Below, piece after piece: positions 43,739 to 52,476 of a stretch of DNA of 64,000 bases (its first letter is position 1; every line of letters begins with the position of its first letter). A model generated the notes under the pieces. The model saw nothing but the letters and a program-made list of their open reading frames with translations. It ran no database searches and was not told where the DNA came from. The position numbers and the translations under genes were made by a program. This DNA comes from Candidatus Giovannonibacteria bacterium (GTDB taxonomy: Bacteria > Patescibacteriota > Minisyncoccia > UBA11713 > 2-01-FULL-45-33), in NCBI GenBank assembly GCA_016432405.1, contig CP066687.1, forward strand, positions 411,040-475,039, read 5' to 3'.

Positions 43739-44378
43739 AATATTTATCCTTGTAAAATCTAACCAACTGCTCAACTTCGGTGATGATTTCCGGAGAGCCG
43801 ATGCCGACTTTCAACTTTTTCTGGACGTCTTCAAGATTTTGCGCGCCCTCCAGAACCGCTTCCTCTATATCTTTGTCCGTGATATTTAACCGCGCGTCAA
43901 TCACCCGCGCGCCTTCCACGATAATTTTATCATATTGGCCGATTTTTCTGAAATAATCGTTGGCGGTTTTTTGGAACGCCTTGTCCGCCAAAACCGAGCA
44001 GTGGATTTTGCGGTTTGGAAGCCCTCCCAATCTTTTCATCACATCCTGCGGGCGGACTTTGAGCGCCTCGTCAATCGGCAAGCCGCCGTTTTCAGTAACC
44101 ATCACCGAAAACATTGAGGTCGCGGCGATCGCCGAGGCACACCCGAATGTTTTCCATTTTAAATCTTGAACGCGCGCCGTCGCCGGATCAATCTTCATCC
44201 ACATCTCCATCATATCCCCGCAAGCCGGGCTTCCCACCATCCCATGCGCGTCGTATTCATTTTCATCTTTCGGCCGTTCCCAAAGCAAATTCCTTGGATG
44301 AAAAAAATGCTCTTTTACGATATCCGTGTAATACCACTTCTCCCCGGTGTATTGATTGATAACGTCTATGTCTTTCAT
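43731..44378 (-). CDS. IscU/NifU-type Fe-S scaffold with C-terminal extension
   Basis: 215 aa. GSPACGDMMEMW, KTFGCASAIAATS and KIHCSVLA are the three conserved scaffold Cys motifs. Confidence 0.8.
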   Translation of the reverse strand: MKDIDVINQYTGEKWYYTDIVKEHFFHPRNLLWERPKDENEYDAHGMVGSPACGDMMEMWMKIDPATARVQDLKWKTFGCASAIAATSMFSVMVTENGGLPIDEALKVRPQDVMKRLGGLPNRKIHCSVLADKAFQKTANDYFRKIGQYDKIIVEGARVIDARLNITDKDIEEAVLEGAQNLEDVQKKLKVGIGSPEIITEVEQLVRFYKDKYYG

Positions 44379-45709
44379 TTGTAACTTTGCGATTTCGCTT
44401 TAACTTTTAAATTTTCTCCCGCGAATGCCTCGGGGTGGCTCATTGATTTGGCGCCGAGTTTAAGATTTAACGGAGAAACCTTGCGGAGCCATTCCACCGC
44501 GCTCGGAAGCTCGCTTAAAACATAATCCACCTCCTCTTTTGTTGTCCCGCGGCCCATTGTAAAACGCATAGACGCGTGCGCGAATTCGTAGGGCTTGCCC
44601 AAAGCCAAAATAACGTGCGACGGCTCCAGCGACTCCGAAGTGCAAGCCGAGCCGGTTGAAAAAGAAATTCCCTTCGCGTCCAGATAAAGCACCAGCGCCT
44701 CGCCTTCAATATCCAAAATGGAAACATTTATATTGTTTGGGAGCCGCTTCGTCGGATGTCCGTTTAAGATAACTTTTGGAACGCGCTTTTGAAGTTCTGC
44801 AATAAAATAGTCGCGAAGCGGCGTCAGGCGCGCCGACTCGGCAAACCGCTCGGCTTGAGCAATCTCCAGCGCCTTGGCCAAACCGACAATCAAAGCCACC
44901 GGTTCCGTGCCGGAGCGCATCCGCATCTCCTGCCCACCGCCGATAATCTGCGGTTTTATTTTTACTCCCATTTTGCGGTATAAAAATCCAATTCCTTTCG
45001 GCCCGTAAATCTTTGAGCCGTTCACCGTCATCAAATCAACACCCAATCCGCCAGCTGGCGGATTCACGTTCAAATCCAAATACCCCGCCGCCTGGCAGGC
45101 GTCGGTATGGAAATAGGGATAAGCTGATTTATTTTGTGCCCTAAATTCTCTAATAATATTCCCGATCTCCGCGATCGGCTGGACTGTGCCGATTTCGTTA
45201 TTGGCGTACATTATGGAAACCAAAATCGTTTCTGGCCGCAAAGAACGTTTGACGTTCTCCGGTTTTACAATCCCGTCTTCACCGACATCCAAAAAGGTTA
45301 CGTCAAAATTTTCTTTCGCTAATTGCTGGCATGGCTCCAAAACCGCGTGATGCTCAAATTTTGTGGTTATGATGTGTGGTTTTATCGCGCCGCTCGGGAA
45401 AAAACCAGGTTTTTTTGCAGATTCAAAACCTGGTTTTGAGGAGAGCGGCGCGGCCCCAAAAGCAACCCCGAAAATCGCGAGATTATCCGACTCGGTCCCG
45501 CCGGAGGTAAAAATAATCTCCTCCGGCCGCGCGCCGATTATTCTCGCAATTGTTTCGCGAGATTTTACTAAAGCATTTTTCGCAAGGCGGCCCTCTTCAT
45601 AAAGCCCCCCGGCGTTGCCGAACTCTTCCGTCCAAAAAGAATTCATCGCTTCCTTAACGCGCTGGTCCGTTGGAGTCGTCGCAGCATGGTCTAAATACAC
45701 TCTACGCAT
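44375..45709 (-). CDS. Cysteine desulfurase (NifS/IscS class) carrying an in-frame palindromic insert
   Basis: 444 aa. YLDHAATTP, a PLP-Lys region and the active-site loop SxGSACTS. The insert SSKPGFESAKKPGFFPS is encoded by the AAAACCAGGTTTT/AAAACCTGGTTTT palindromes at 45401-45437. Confidence 0.85.
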   Translation of the reverse strand: MRRVYLDHAATTPTDQRVKEAMNSFWTEEFGNAGGLYEEGRLAKNALVKSRETIARIIGARPEEIIFTSGGTESDNLAIFGVAFGAAPLSSKPGFESAKKPGFFPSGAIKPHIITTKFEHHAVLEPCQQLAKENFDVTFLDVGEDGIVKPENVKRSLRPETILVSIMYANNEIGTVQPIAEIGNIIREFRAQNKSAYPYFHTDACQAAGYLDLNVNPPAGGLGVDLMTVNGSKIYGPKGIGFLYRKMGVKIKPQIIGGGQEMRMRSGTEPVALIVGLAKALEIAQAERFAESARLTPLRDYFIAELQKRVPKVILNGHPTKRLPNNINVSILDIEGEALVLYLDAKGISFSTGSACTSESLEPSHVILALGKPYEFAHASMRFTMGRGTTKEEVDYVLSELPSAVEWLRKVSPLNLKLGAKSMSHPEAFAGENLKVKAKSQSYK

Positions 45710-45721
45710 AATTTTTAATTT

Positions 45722-46003
45722 TCAATTTCTAATTTTTAATCTAGTAATCGGGCAAATATTGTAAGGCCTTTCAAAAAAATTAATCAGCTCCGAAACCTGC
45801 AAATCTTTTTTAATCAATCTATATCCGCCGCCGATGCCCCGGCGCGCCTCAAGCCACCCCGCACGCCGAAGTTCCTGCGCCACCTTTTCCATATAAGCGG
45901 TAGGTAAGCCGTGTTCTTTTGCTACGCTTTTCGCGTCCAAATAAGCCCCATCCGCAACTTTCAGGCGCTCAATCAAAATAACCCCGTAATCAAACTTTTT
46001 CAT
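45722..46003 (-). CDS. Rrf2-family HTH regulator, short form lacking the C-terminal Cys ligands. Start refined to MKKFDYG.
   Basis: The RRGIGGGYRL signature and wHTH are present. Directly upstream of the nifS-nifU operon. Confidence 0.65.
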   Translation of the reverse strand: MKKFDYGVILIERLKVADGAYLDAKSVAKEHGLPTAYMEKVAQELRRAGWLEARRGIGGGYRLIKKDLQVSELINFFERPYNICPITRLKIRN

Positions 46004-46311
46004 AAATCGGACACTTATAGTCCGATTATAATCCACACTAAAAGCCATGCAATATTGACAAACGCTAATTAAAACTATATTCTAAATATTAGAATAAGAT
46101 TTGTGAAGGAGGGCTCAATCAATGGCTATTGAAGAATTTGGAGATTGGATGACCGATCATATCTTATTGATATCCTTCCTGGGGCTTATAGCATGGATAC
46201 TGCTAATAGTAGGCGGGATATGGGTGTATCACTCATTCACTTATTTTTTTTAAAGCCGATATTTCGGCGGCGGACCCTAGACGGAGCACCGCCTATTTTT
46301 TTACTTGTGAT

Positions 46312-46335
46312 TCTACAATTCGCGCGAATCGTAGA
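46312..46335. promoter_or_regulatory. Inverted-repeat site CTACAATTCGCGCGAATCG (copy 1, downstream of arsR)
   Basis: Core perfect palindrome ATTCGCGCGAAT. An identical 19-mer occurs at 46648-46666. Confidence 0.45.
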
Positions 46336-46343
46336 GTAATAGA

Positions 46344-46613
46344 TTAAAATATTCTTCGCAAAATTTCTTTTACTTTCGGGTGGGAACTCAAATCAATTTT
46401 GTACCACACTCTCCCATTCTTGCCGGAGCTTTCAAGAAATCCGAGGTTGTCCAGCGAAATTAGGTGCTTTGAAGTCGCTTTCAATGATATCCCAATCTCG
46501 TCTTTAATCTCTGAAACCGTCCGTTCCTTGCCGTCAAAAAGAAACTTTAAAATCTTAATCCGGCCTTCATTCCCCAACGCCTTGAAAATCTTAACCCAAG
46601 TTTTTATATTCAT
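46344..46613 (-). CDS. ArsR/SmtB-family metalloregulator
   Basis: 89 aa. ALGNEGRIKILKFL and a wHTH (VSEIKDEIGISLKATSKHL). Confidence 0.8.
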   Translation of the reverse strand: MNIKTWVKIFKALGNEGRIKILKFLFDGKERTVSEIKDEIGISLKATSKHLISLDNLGFLESSGKNGRVWYKIDLSSHPKVKEILRRIF

Positions 46614-46647
46614 ATTTTTATATGAAACATAGCACTTTATTATCTGT

Positions 46648-46666
46648 CTACAATTCGCGCGAATCG
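46648..46666. promoter_or_regulatory. Inverted-repeat site CTACAATTCGCGCGAATCG (copy 2, arsR promoter region)
   Basis: Lies 35-50 nt upstream of the arsR start. Same 19-mer as the copy at 46313-46331. A 12-2-12-like operator geometry is typical for ArsR/SmtB. Confidence 0.5.
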
Positions 46667-46688
46667 GCGGCTCAATATATATCCGATC

Positions 46689-47954
46689 TTAATCGTTCCG
46701 CGAGTGGATTTCAAGCCCTTTTCTCCACAAGCCATATGCCCTCTGCCAGCCCAGAAGCCCGGCCCAATAGCGGAGCGCGATAAATTCTTTTAAAAACCAT
46801 GGCAAAAAGCCGGAAAAACGGACGCCGTAAAGCTCTAAAAGGGCGTATTTGCCCCCCAGTGGGATTATAAAGCCGGGATGATTTACGCGATAGTGAAGAA
46901 GCGTTTTCCTGGCAGCCGTCCTTTTTATATTTTCCGCAACGCATTTCGCTTCCCTTAAAGCGACCGAAGCCGTCATAGGCAGCGATTTGCCGGTTGCCTC
47001 GTCAACGCAGTAAGTAATATCCCCCACTCCGAAAACGTTTTCGTAAGGCGCGATTCTTAAATTTTTATCAACCGCGACGCAAGAGGCCTTTTCAAATTTC
47101 ACGCCCTCCAGCGCCTTGACGGATTCGCTGGCTTTGACTCCGGCCGTCCAAACGAGCAAATCGTATGGGACTTTAGGGCATGCCTCGCCGGCAGGCGGGC
47201 CGCCACCCAAAATAATTTCTTTTTGCCCGATTTCTTTTATGGCGCTTTTGAACATAAATTTCACGCCGAGTTTTTGGAGCCGCGCTTTGGCTTTTTTTTG
47301 AACCCACGGGCTCGCGCTGCCCAAGAGCGCCTCCGCCGCCTCAACAATCAAACATTCCGCGTAGTAGCGCGGCCTGCCGTGGATTTGGGAGAGCTTATCC
47401 ATGTATCCCATGAGCTCGCCGGCCAGCTCGCAACCGGTGAACCCCCCTCCGCCTATCACGATTTTTATGAGATGGTTCTTCGGCGCCCTGAAAAAAAGCT
47501 CGTCAATTGCGTTTCGGAGCGCGAGCGCGTCAAAAAAATTTTTAAGCGGCAGGGCTTTTTCCGTCATTCCGGGGATGCCGAAATAATTCGTCTCGCTGCC
47601 CATCGCGAGCACTAAAAAATCATACCGCAATTTTCCGGTTCTTTTTAAATTTACAAAATGTTTTTTAAAATCCGCGCCCAAAAACTCGTCTTCCAGCACG
47701 GAAACGTTCAGGTCATCCAAAAAAATATCCTCCAGAGGATAAATGACGGAAGATTTCAGGTCAACAAAATCAATCGGCAGATGGCCGAAAACCTCCGGCA
47801 GATGCGCAGTAGCCACCTCGTAAAGATTGGGATAAAAAGTATGGTAGCGGCTTTTGTCCACCAAAGTAACGCGCAGGTTTTTCTCATCTGCCAAAATTTT
47901 CGCGATTTTGACCCCCCCAAACCCCCCGCCGATTATCACGACATCGTGGATCAT
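46689..47954 (-). CDS. ndh: Type II NADH dehydrogenase (NDH-2) / FAD-dependent pyridine-nucleotide-disulfide oxidoreductase
   Basis: 421 aa. Two Rossmann GxGxxG motifs (VVIIGGGFGG and KIVIGGGGFTGCE). Confidence 0.8.
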   Translation of the reverse strand: MIHDVVIIGGGFGGVKIAKILADEKNLRVTLVDKSRYHTFYPNLYEVATAHLPEVFGHLPIDFVDLKSSVIYPLEDIFLDDLNVSVLEDEFLGADFKKHFVNLKRTGKLRYDFLVLAMGSETNYFGIPGMTEKALPLKNFFDALALRNAIDELFFRAPKNHLIKIVIGGGGFTGCELAGELMGYMDKLSQIHGRPRYYAECLIVEAAEALLGSASPWVQKKAKARLQKLGVKFMFKSAIKEIGQKEIILGGGPPAGEACPKVPYDLLVWTAGVKASESVKALEGVKFEKASCVAVDKNLRIAPYENVFGVGDITYCVDEATGKSLPMTASVALREAKCVAENIKRTAARKTLLHYRVNHPGFIIPLGGKYALLELYGVRFSGFLPWFLKEFIALRYWAGLLGWQRAYGLWRKGLEIHSRND

Positions 47955-48484
47955 AGAAATTGATTAATATCTTCTTTTGTCAAAAGTCTTCTTATATCCG
48001 AATGTGTAATCAAGCCATAAGATGGTTTATGGCTAAACCCGATATATTCAACTTTCTTTTTCATTGAGCGTACTTTAGCTAATGCCGGAATCAAATCGGT
48101 ATCGGAGCTAACCAAAATTGCGGTATCATAAAGATTTTCGTAAGCTCCAATCAACAAATCAACAGCGATTTGAACATCAACTCCTTTTTCGTGATAACCG
48201 TCGGTTTTAAGCATATGACCGAATTTAACTATCCAGCCGTCTCTTTGAAGTATGCCTGTCAATTTTTGCTGCCCAGTCATTAACTCCTTGCTTTTTGGAT
48301 TATTGTGTTCTTCGCGGATAGCGCCGATGTAATAATTTTTTGACATCAAAAACCTGCGACCGACAAGAAACCGAGTAATTTTTTCATAATCAAAAGATAA
48401 TAGATTAGTCAACTTTAACTCTTTCAGTCGGTGATAAAAATTATTGCCGTCAATAATTATAAAAATTCTCTCTTTTTCATCCAC
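47951..48484 (-). CDS. NYN/LabA-like (DUF88) domain protein
   Basis: 177 aa. Motifs IFIIIDGNNF...GVDVQIAVD...SSDTDLIP are characteristic of the NYN nuclease-like fold. Confidence 0.7.
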   Translation of the reverse strand: MDEKERIFIIIDGNNFYHRLKELKLTNLLSFDYEKITRFLVGRRFLMSKNYYIGAIREEHNNPKSKELMTGQQKLTGILQRDGWIVKFGHMLKTDGYHEKGVDVQIAVDLLIGAYENLYDTAILVSSDTDLIPALAKVRSMKKKVEYIGFSHKPSYGLITHSDIRRLLTKEDINQFL

Positions 48485-48584
48485 AAAATCATTTTAACAT
48501 AAACAAAACCCCGCACCTACAAGTAAGCGCGGGGGTGGTTAATAGTTCTAGAGTAACAAGCCCTCCAAAAAAGTCAATAGGGCA

Positions 48585-48760
48585 TTATCCACACCCTTCA
48601 TTTTTCCCGCCCGCCGAAAATCTGCTGTTTTGCTCTCAACAACATTCCAACATTCTGCAGAATGTTGGAATGTTGTTTGTTAATAATTCGCACTTAGCAA
48701 TCGGATTGCTAAGTGACTGGCGTCTTATTTCTAACGCGGCCCGCCGGAAATCTGCAGATT
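48585..48760. repeat. Palindrome-dense intergenic region containing a consensus DnaA box
   Basis: TTATCCACA at 48585-48593. A 36-nt perfect palindrome CAACATTCCAACATTCTGCAGAATGTTGGAATGTTG at about 48631-48666. A 25-nt REP-B palindrome CACTTAGCAATCGGATTGCTAAGTG at 48691-48715. GAAA(A)TCTGCAGATTT(T)C motifs at about 48612 and 48740. Confidence 0.75.
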
Positions 48761-48763
48761 TTC

Positions 48764-50545
48764 TCAATCAATAACCTGCCAATTATAACTATCCTTTTTA
48801 GTTCGGTATAATTTGCATTTATCCAACTCTAAAGCATCGAGACCTAATTGAGCGCATTGGAGTTCTGGATTGAAATCAGATGAAAAAATAGTGCTTCGTT
48901 TAATTGTAATTGTGCTACCAAAAGTTGGCAGAAAGTTAGATAATACTTTATCGCTTATTGCTTGGTTTATGTTATCTGTGTATTCATTTACCTCTACCCA
49001 TACATAATTTTTTGGAAAGGAACGGTATAAATTACAGGCAAATAAATCTTTGTCAGTAAAACCCAACATAGAACAGCTTAATGATGGATTGAGGTCCACT
49101 CTAACCTTAACATCTGTACGAATCTGCACTTCACTTCCTACCGGCGGGGCAGGCTGACCTTGATAATCAATTTTATTTTCTCCTTGTTTGAGCTTTGGGA
49201 TTATACTTTTGATAAAGTTTATTGGTACAGCGAAGTTAAGCCCTACATCTATTTTAATGCCCTGAATTTTGGGCCCTATACCTGCTACGTGTAATCCAAT
49301 AAGTTTTCCGTGTTCACTAACCCACCCACCTCCACTACTGCCTGGTTGTGTTTTTGCGTCTGTTTGTAAGAAGGTAAAATTATTGCCGGGCTGCTTGCCA
49401 CCAATTATCCCAGTCGAAAGCACTGCGCTTGGAAGGTCTAGGGGGTGTCCAAATACTAAAACTTTATCACCAATCATTATGTGGTCTGAATCACCAAACA
49501 CCACAATGGGCAAATTATTTTTACTTATTCGAACCAGCGCCATATCATTAAACTCATCTCTTCCTATAATTTTTCCTATGTGTGTTTCGCCGTTGCTTAA
49601 ATAAACTTGCACACTGTCAAAACCTTTCACAACATGCGCAGCTGTTAATATCAAACCATCAGATTCAATTGTTACTCCGCTTCCTACGCTCTCTGAATCC
49701 GTAGTAAATGTTTTAATCCGTGTTATTGCAGGTATAATCCTATTAGCTATTTCTGTAACAGTGAGTACACCATTTTCTGTTTTGATTTTATCTTCAGATT
49801 TTGGAATACTAATAATATTTCCATACCGATCAACAACCACACCAGTAGAAAGAATGAAGTTTCCTGACTCCTGTGAATTTTGCTGAGTTGTTTTTGCCCC
49901 CGCAGTTGATTGGCTTTGTATTTTATTCTCCAACTCTTCCCGCTTTTTTCGTTCTTGCAACAACAAATTACGAAGTTCATCTAACTCTTTTTTTGTTAAG
50001 TTCACTTCATTCGATCCCATTTCTGACCCGCCGCCTTCAGATTTATTTAACTCGGCGATTTTGTTGAGTGCTTCTTCTTGGCCTTTTTTGCTGGCTTCAA
50101 GAGCTTTCGTTATCGCCTCTTTGGCTTCGTCGGGGACTTTAGACAAAACATCAGCCAAAATTTCTTGGTGCTTTGAGGTATTATTCGCGATTAAATTAAG
50201 CAAACTTTCGGCTTTGGTTTCGTCTTTAACTTTTTTTGACGCCTCCGCCGCGAGAGCGATGTTTGCTTCATAGCCCGAAATCGCCGTTTTAACCGCGTCT
50301 GAATTTTTATCTCCGGCAACCGCCTCGGCTTCGGTGAGCCGCTTTTCGGCGTATTTAAGCGCCTTCTCCGCTTTTTTCTCGGGATTGAAAGTGAAAAAGA
50401 GATTTATCTTTTCAAAAGTCGTAACAAAACCGTATAAAAAACTGCCGGGCTTAATTCCGGTGCTTTGGGCGGCCGAAACAGAAAGAGGAGCTACGAAAAC
50501 AGCCGTTAGAAGCAAAAAGGAAACAACAAAAGAGAGCTTTTTCAT
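48764..50545 (-). CDS. Secreted trypsin-like (S1/HtrA-type) serine protease with an N-terminal helical domain and a twin-Cys C-terminal repeat. Start refined to MKKLSFVV.
   Basis: Signal peptide. Catalytic context TAAHVV...D...TQPGSSGGG. C-terminal repeats Cx2LGxxxxxLxxCxLYR x2. Low GC. Confidence 0.7.
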   Translation of the reverse strand: MKKLSFVVSFLLLTAVFVAPLSVSAAQSTGIKPGSFLYGFVTTFEKINLFFTFNPEKKAEKALKYAEKRLTEAEAVAGDKNSDAVKTAISGYEANIALAAEASKKVKDETKAESLLNLIANNTSKHQEILADVLSKVPDEAKEAITKALEASKKGQEEALNKIAELNKSEGGGSEMGSNEVNLTKKELDELRNLLLQERKKREELENKIQSQSTAGAKTTQQNSQESGNFILSTGVVVDRYGNIISIPKSEDKIKTENGVLTVTEIANRIIPAITRIKTFTTDSESVGSGVTIESDGLILTAAHVVKGFDSVQVYLSNGETHIGKIIGRDEFNDMALVRISKNNLPIVVFGDSDHIMIGDKVLVFGHPLDLPSAVLSTGIIGGKQPGNNFTFLQTDAKTQPGSSGGGWVSEHGKLIGLHVAGIGPKIQGIKIDVGLNFAVPINFIKSIIPKLKQGENKIDYQGQPAPPVGSEVQIRTDVKVRVDLNPSLSCSMLGFTDKDLFACNLYRSFPKNYVWVEVNEYTDNINQAISDKVLSNFLPTFGSTITIKRSTIFSSDFNPELQCAQLGLDALELDKCKLYRTKKDSYNWQVID

Positions 50546-50605
50546 TGGCTTAATTATACGCGATTTATTGCTTTTTCGCAATACGCGGTGTAAAATTAAA
50601 AAATT

Positions 50606-50678
50606 GCCGGAGTAGCTCAATGGCAGAGCAACGGTTTTGTAAACCGTAGGTTGGAGGTTCAAATCCTCTCTCCGGCTT
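50606..50678 (+). tRNA. tRNA-Thr (anticodon TGT)
   Basis: Acceptor GCCGGAG/CTCCGGC. D-arm TAGCTCAATGGCAGAGCA. Anticodon stem ACGGT/ACCGT with loop TTTGTAA. T-arm GGAGGTTCAAATCCTCT. CCA not encoded. Confidence 0.8.
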
Positions 50679-51021
50679 AGCGATTTATATCGGCGTTGTC
50701 TCCGTGGCCGTCACCGCTCGCGCCGTTCCCGTTTTCGGGGTTTCCGTTCCCATTCCTTTCTTTTATCCCGCGTATTTTGCTGGCCGTGCGGAAAAGCATG
50801 CTTTCGGTCTTCAAAACCCAAATTCTCGCTTCCCTAAGGCGCTTTTCCAAAAACGTGAATGACCTTTCGCGCAAGTGCAAATGCCACGCCTCCGCGGCGT
50901 CGTCCACAAGCCCCTCCATAAACTCCGCGAAATTAAACGCGGCGAATTCCTCGCGGTTGCGGCGGATAATCGCGATTATCCCGCCGGCGCTCAAAAGAAA
51001 AATTATGGAGTAAAAGATCAT
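50677..51021 (-). CDS. Hypothetical membrane protein
   Basis: 114-aa ORF with an N-terminal TM and a Gly/Asn-rich tail. Weak support. Confidence 0.3.
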   Translation of the reverse strand: MIFYSIIFLLSAGGIIAIIRRNREEFAAFNFAEFMEGLVDDAAEAWHLHLRERSFTFLEKRLREARIWVLKTESMLFRTASKIRGIKERNGNGNPENGNGASGDGHGDNADINR

Positions 51022-51028
51022 GTCAATT

Positions 51029-51481
51029 TTACACCTCGTACCTTGTAAACCGCGCTACTTCTATTTTTTCCCCGAAACGCCCGATGGCGCGCTTGATTAA
51101 TTCTTCAATGCTTGTGCTCGGGTCTTTGACATAGGGCTGGGCCATAAGCGCAATAACATCCTCCGGAGCCATTCCAGCGATGTGCAGGGCCAAATCATGC
51201 GCCAGGGCCTGAAACTCCGCGTTTTTGGCCACAAAATCTGTTTCGCACCGAAGTTCAAGCAAAACCCCCACGCGCCTGTTTACGTGGATATAAGAATCAA
51301 TAACGCCGGCGCCGGTTTTGCGCTCCGCTTTTTTAAGGGCTACCGCTTCGGAAGATTTTTGGAGCAGCGCTATTGCTTTGTCCGTGTCTCCTTCCGCTTC
51401 TTCCAGCGCCTTTTTACAAAGCGCCACGGACGCCCCAGTGAGCTCCCTTAGACGTTTAACTGAATCCGCGGATACGGTCAT
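51029..51481 (-). CDS. tsf: Elongation factor Ts, short form. Start refined to [11 protein letters not shown].
   Basis: UBA-like N-terminus LRELTGASVALCKKALEEAEGDTDKAIALL. Core HVNRRVGVLLELRCETDFVAKN. Confidence 0.8.
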   Translation of the reverse strand: MTVSADSVKRLRELTGASVALCKKALEEAEGDTDKAIALLQKSSEAVALKKAERKTGAGVIDSYIHVNRRVGVLLELRCETDFVAKNAEFQALAHDLALHIAGMAPEDVIALMAQPYVKDPSTSIEELIKRAIGRFGEKIEVARFTRYEV

Positions 51482-52200
51482 AATTGTGTTGTTTGTGCTG
51501 TTTGTTCTTTCTCCCTGAGGCCCGCCTCGTAAGCCAAGGCAAGGCGGTCCAAAACCAAAGCGATTGCGGCCGAAGAGTTGTCGTTTAATGGTATGGGGTA
51601 ATTTACGTCCCGGGGGTCGCAATCAACGTTGAGCAAGGCCACAACCGGAATATTTTTTCTTTCGGCTTCCGCCAGAGCAGTTTTTTCCTCGCCCGGGTCA
51701 ACAATCACCAGCGCCCCAAGGAGGGATTTAAGGGGCCTTAACCCTCCAAACATTCTAGCAAGTTTTTTGATTTCTATCGTCTTCATCATTTTTTCTTTCT
51801 TGGAGTATTTTTCAAATTCTCCGGCTTTCTCTTCCGCTTCAAGCTTCACCAGATGCCCCAGCCGGCCCTCAAAGATTTTGAAATTAGTCAATGTCCCGCC
51901 AAGCCATCTCTCAAAAACGTAAGGCGATTTTGTTTTTTTGCCGGCGGCCTCAACATGCGCCCTGGCCGGGGCCTTTGTGCCAACCCACAAAACCGTCCCA
52001 CCGGCTTTGCCCAGCGCCCTTAAAAATTCTTCCGCCTCCTTGAGCTTGGCTTCGGTTTTAACCAAATCAAAAACCTCCACATTGTTTCTGGTCCCGAAAA
52101 CAAATTCGGACATTTTGGGATGGCGGCGCGATTTCGTATATCCGATGTGCGCACCGGCGACAAAAAGCTGCTCAATTCCGGCATTTTCCGTAATTTCCAT
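51478..52200 (-). CDS. rpsB: 30S ribosomal protein S2. Start refined to MEITENAG.
   Basis: [19 protein letters not shown] is the S2 N-terminus. LLNVDCDP in the C-terminal part. Confidence 0.9.
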   Translation of the reverse strand: MEITENAGIEQLFVAGAHIGYTKSRRHPKMSEFVFGTRNNVEVFDLVKTEAKLKEAEEFLRALGKAGGTVLWVGTKAPARAHVEAAGKKTKSPYVFERWLGGTLTNFKIFEGRLGHLVKLEAEEKAGEFEKYSKKEKMMKTIEIKKLARMFGGLRPLKSLLGALVIVDPGEEKTALAEAERKNIPVVALLNVDCDPRDVNYPIPLNDNSSAAIALVLDRLALAYEAGLREKEQTAQTTQL

Positions 52201-52263
52201 AATACGGTTAAGTATACGCGAAAAACGTTGCAAAAGCAAGCGCGGCGTGTTAAAATGACATTT

Positions 52264-52473
52264 ATGAAAACCGATATACATCCGAAATACCACAAAGCAA
52301 AAATAGAGTGCGCCTGCGGCGCGGTTTTTTCAGTCGGCTCCGCGAAAGAAAAAATGTCCGTTGAAATCTGTTCAAATTGCCATCCCTTCTACACCGGGAA
52401 GGAAAAATTGGTTGACGCAGCCGGCAGAGTGGAAAAATTCAGGGCGAGAGCCGCTAAAAAATCTAAAAAATAA
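52264..52473 (+). CDS. rpmE: 50S ribosomal protein L31. Start refined to [10 protein letters not shown].
   Basis: 69 aa. [19 protein letters not shown]...[10 protein letters not shown] (CxxC...CxxC zinc form). Confidence 0.85.
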   Translation: MKTDIHPKYHKAKIECACGAVFSVGSAKEKMSVEICSNCHPFYTGKEKLVDAAGRVEKFRARAAKKSKK

Positions 52474-52476
52474 CTC

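Noticed and set aside
46145-46339. 64-aa plus-strand ORF between the Rrf2 and ArsR genes
   Set aside because: No start context or conserved features. It overlaps the palindromic site at 46312-46335 and is most likely non-coding spacer.
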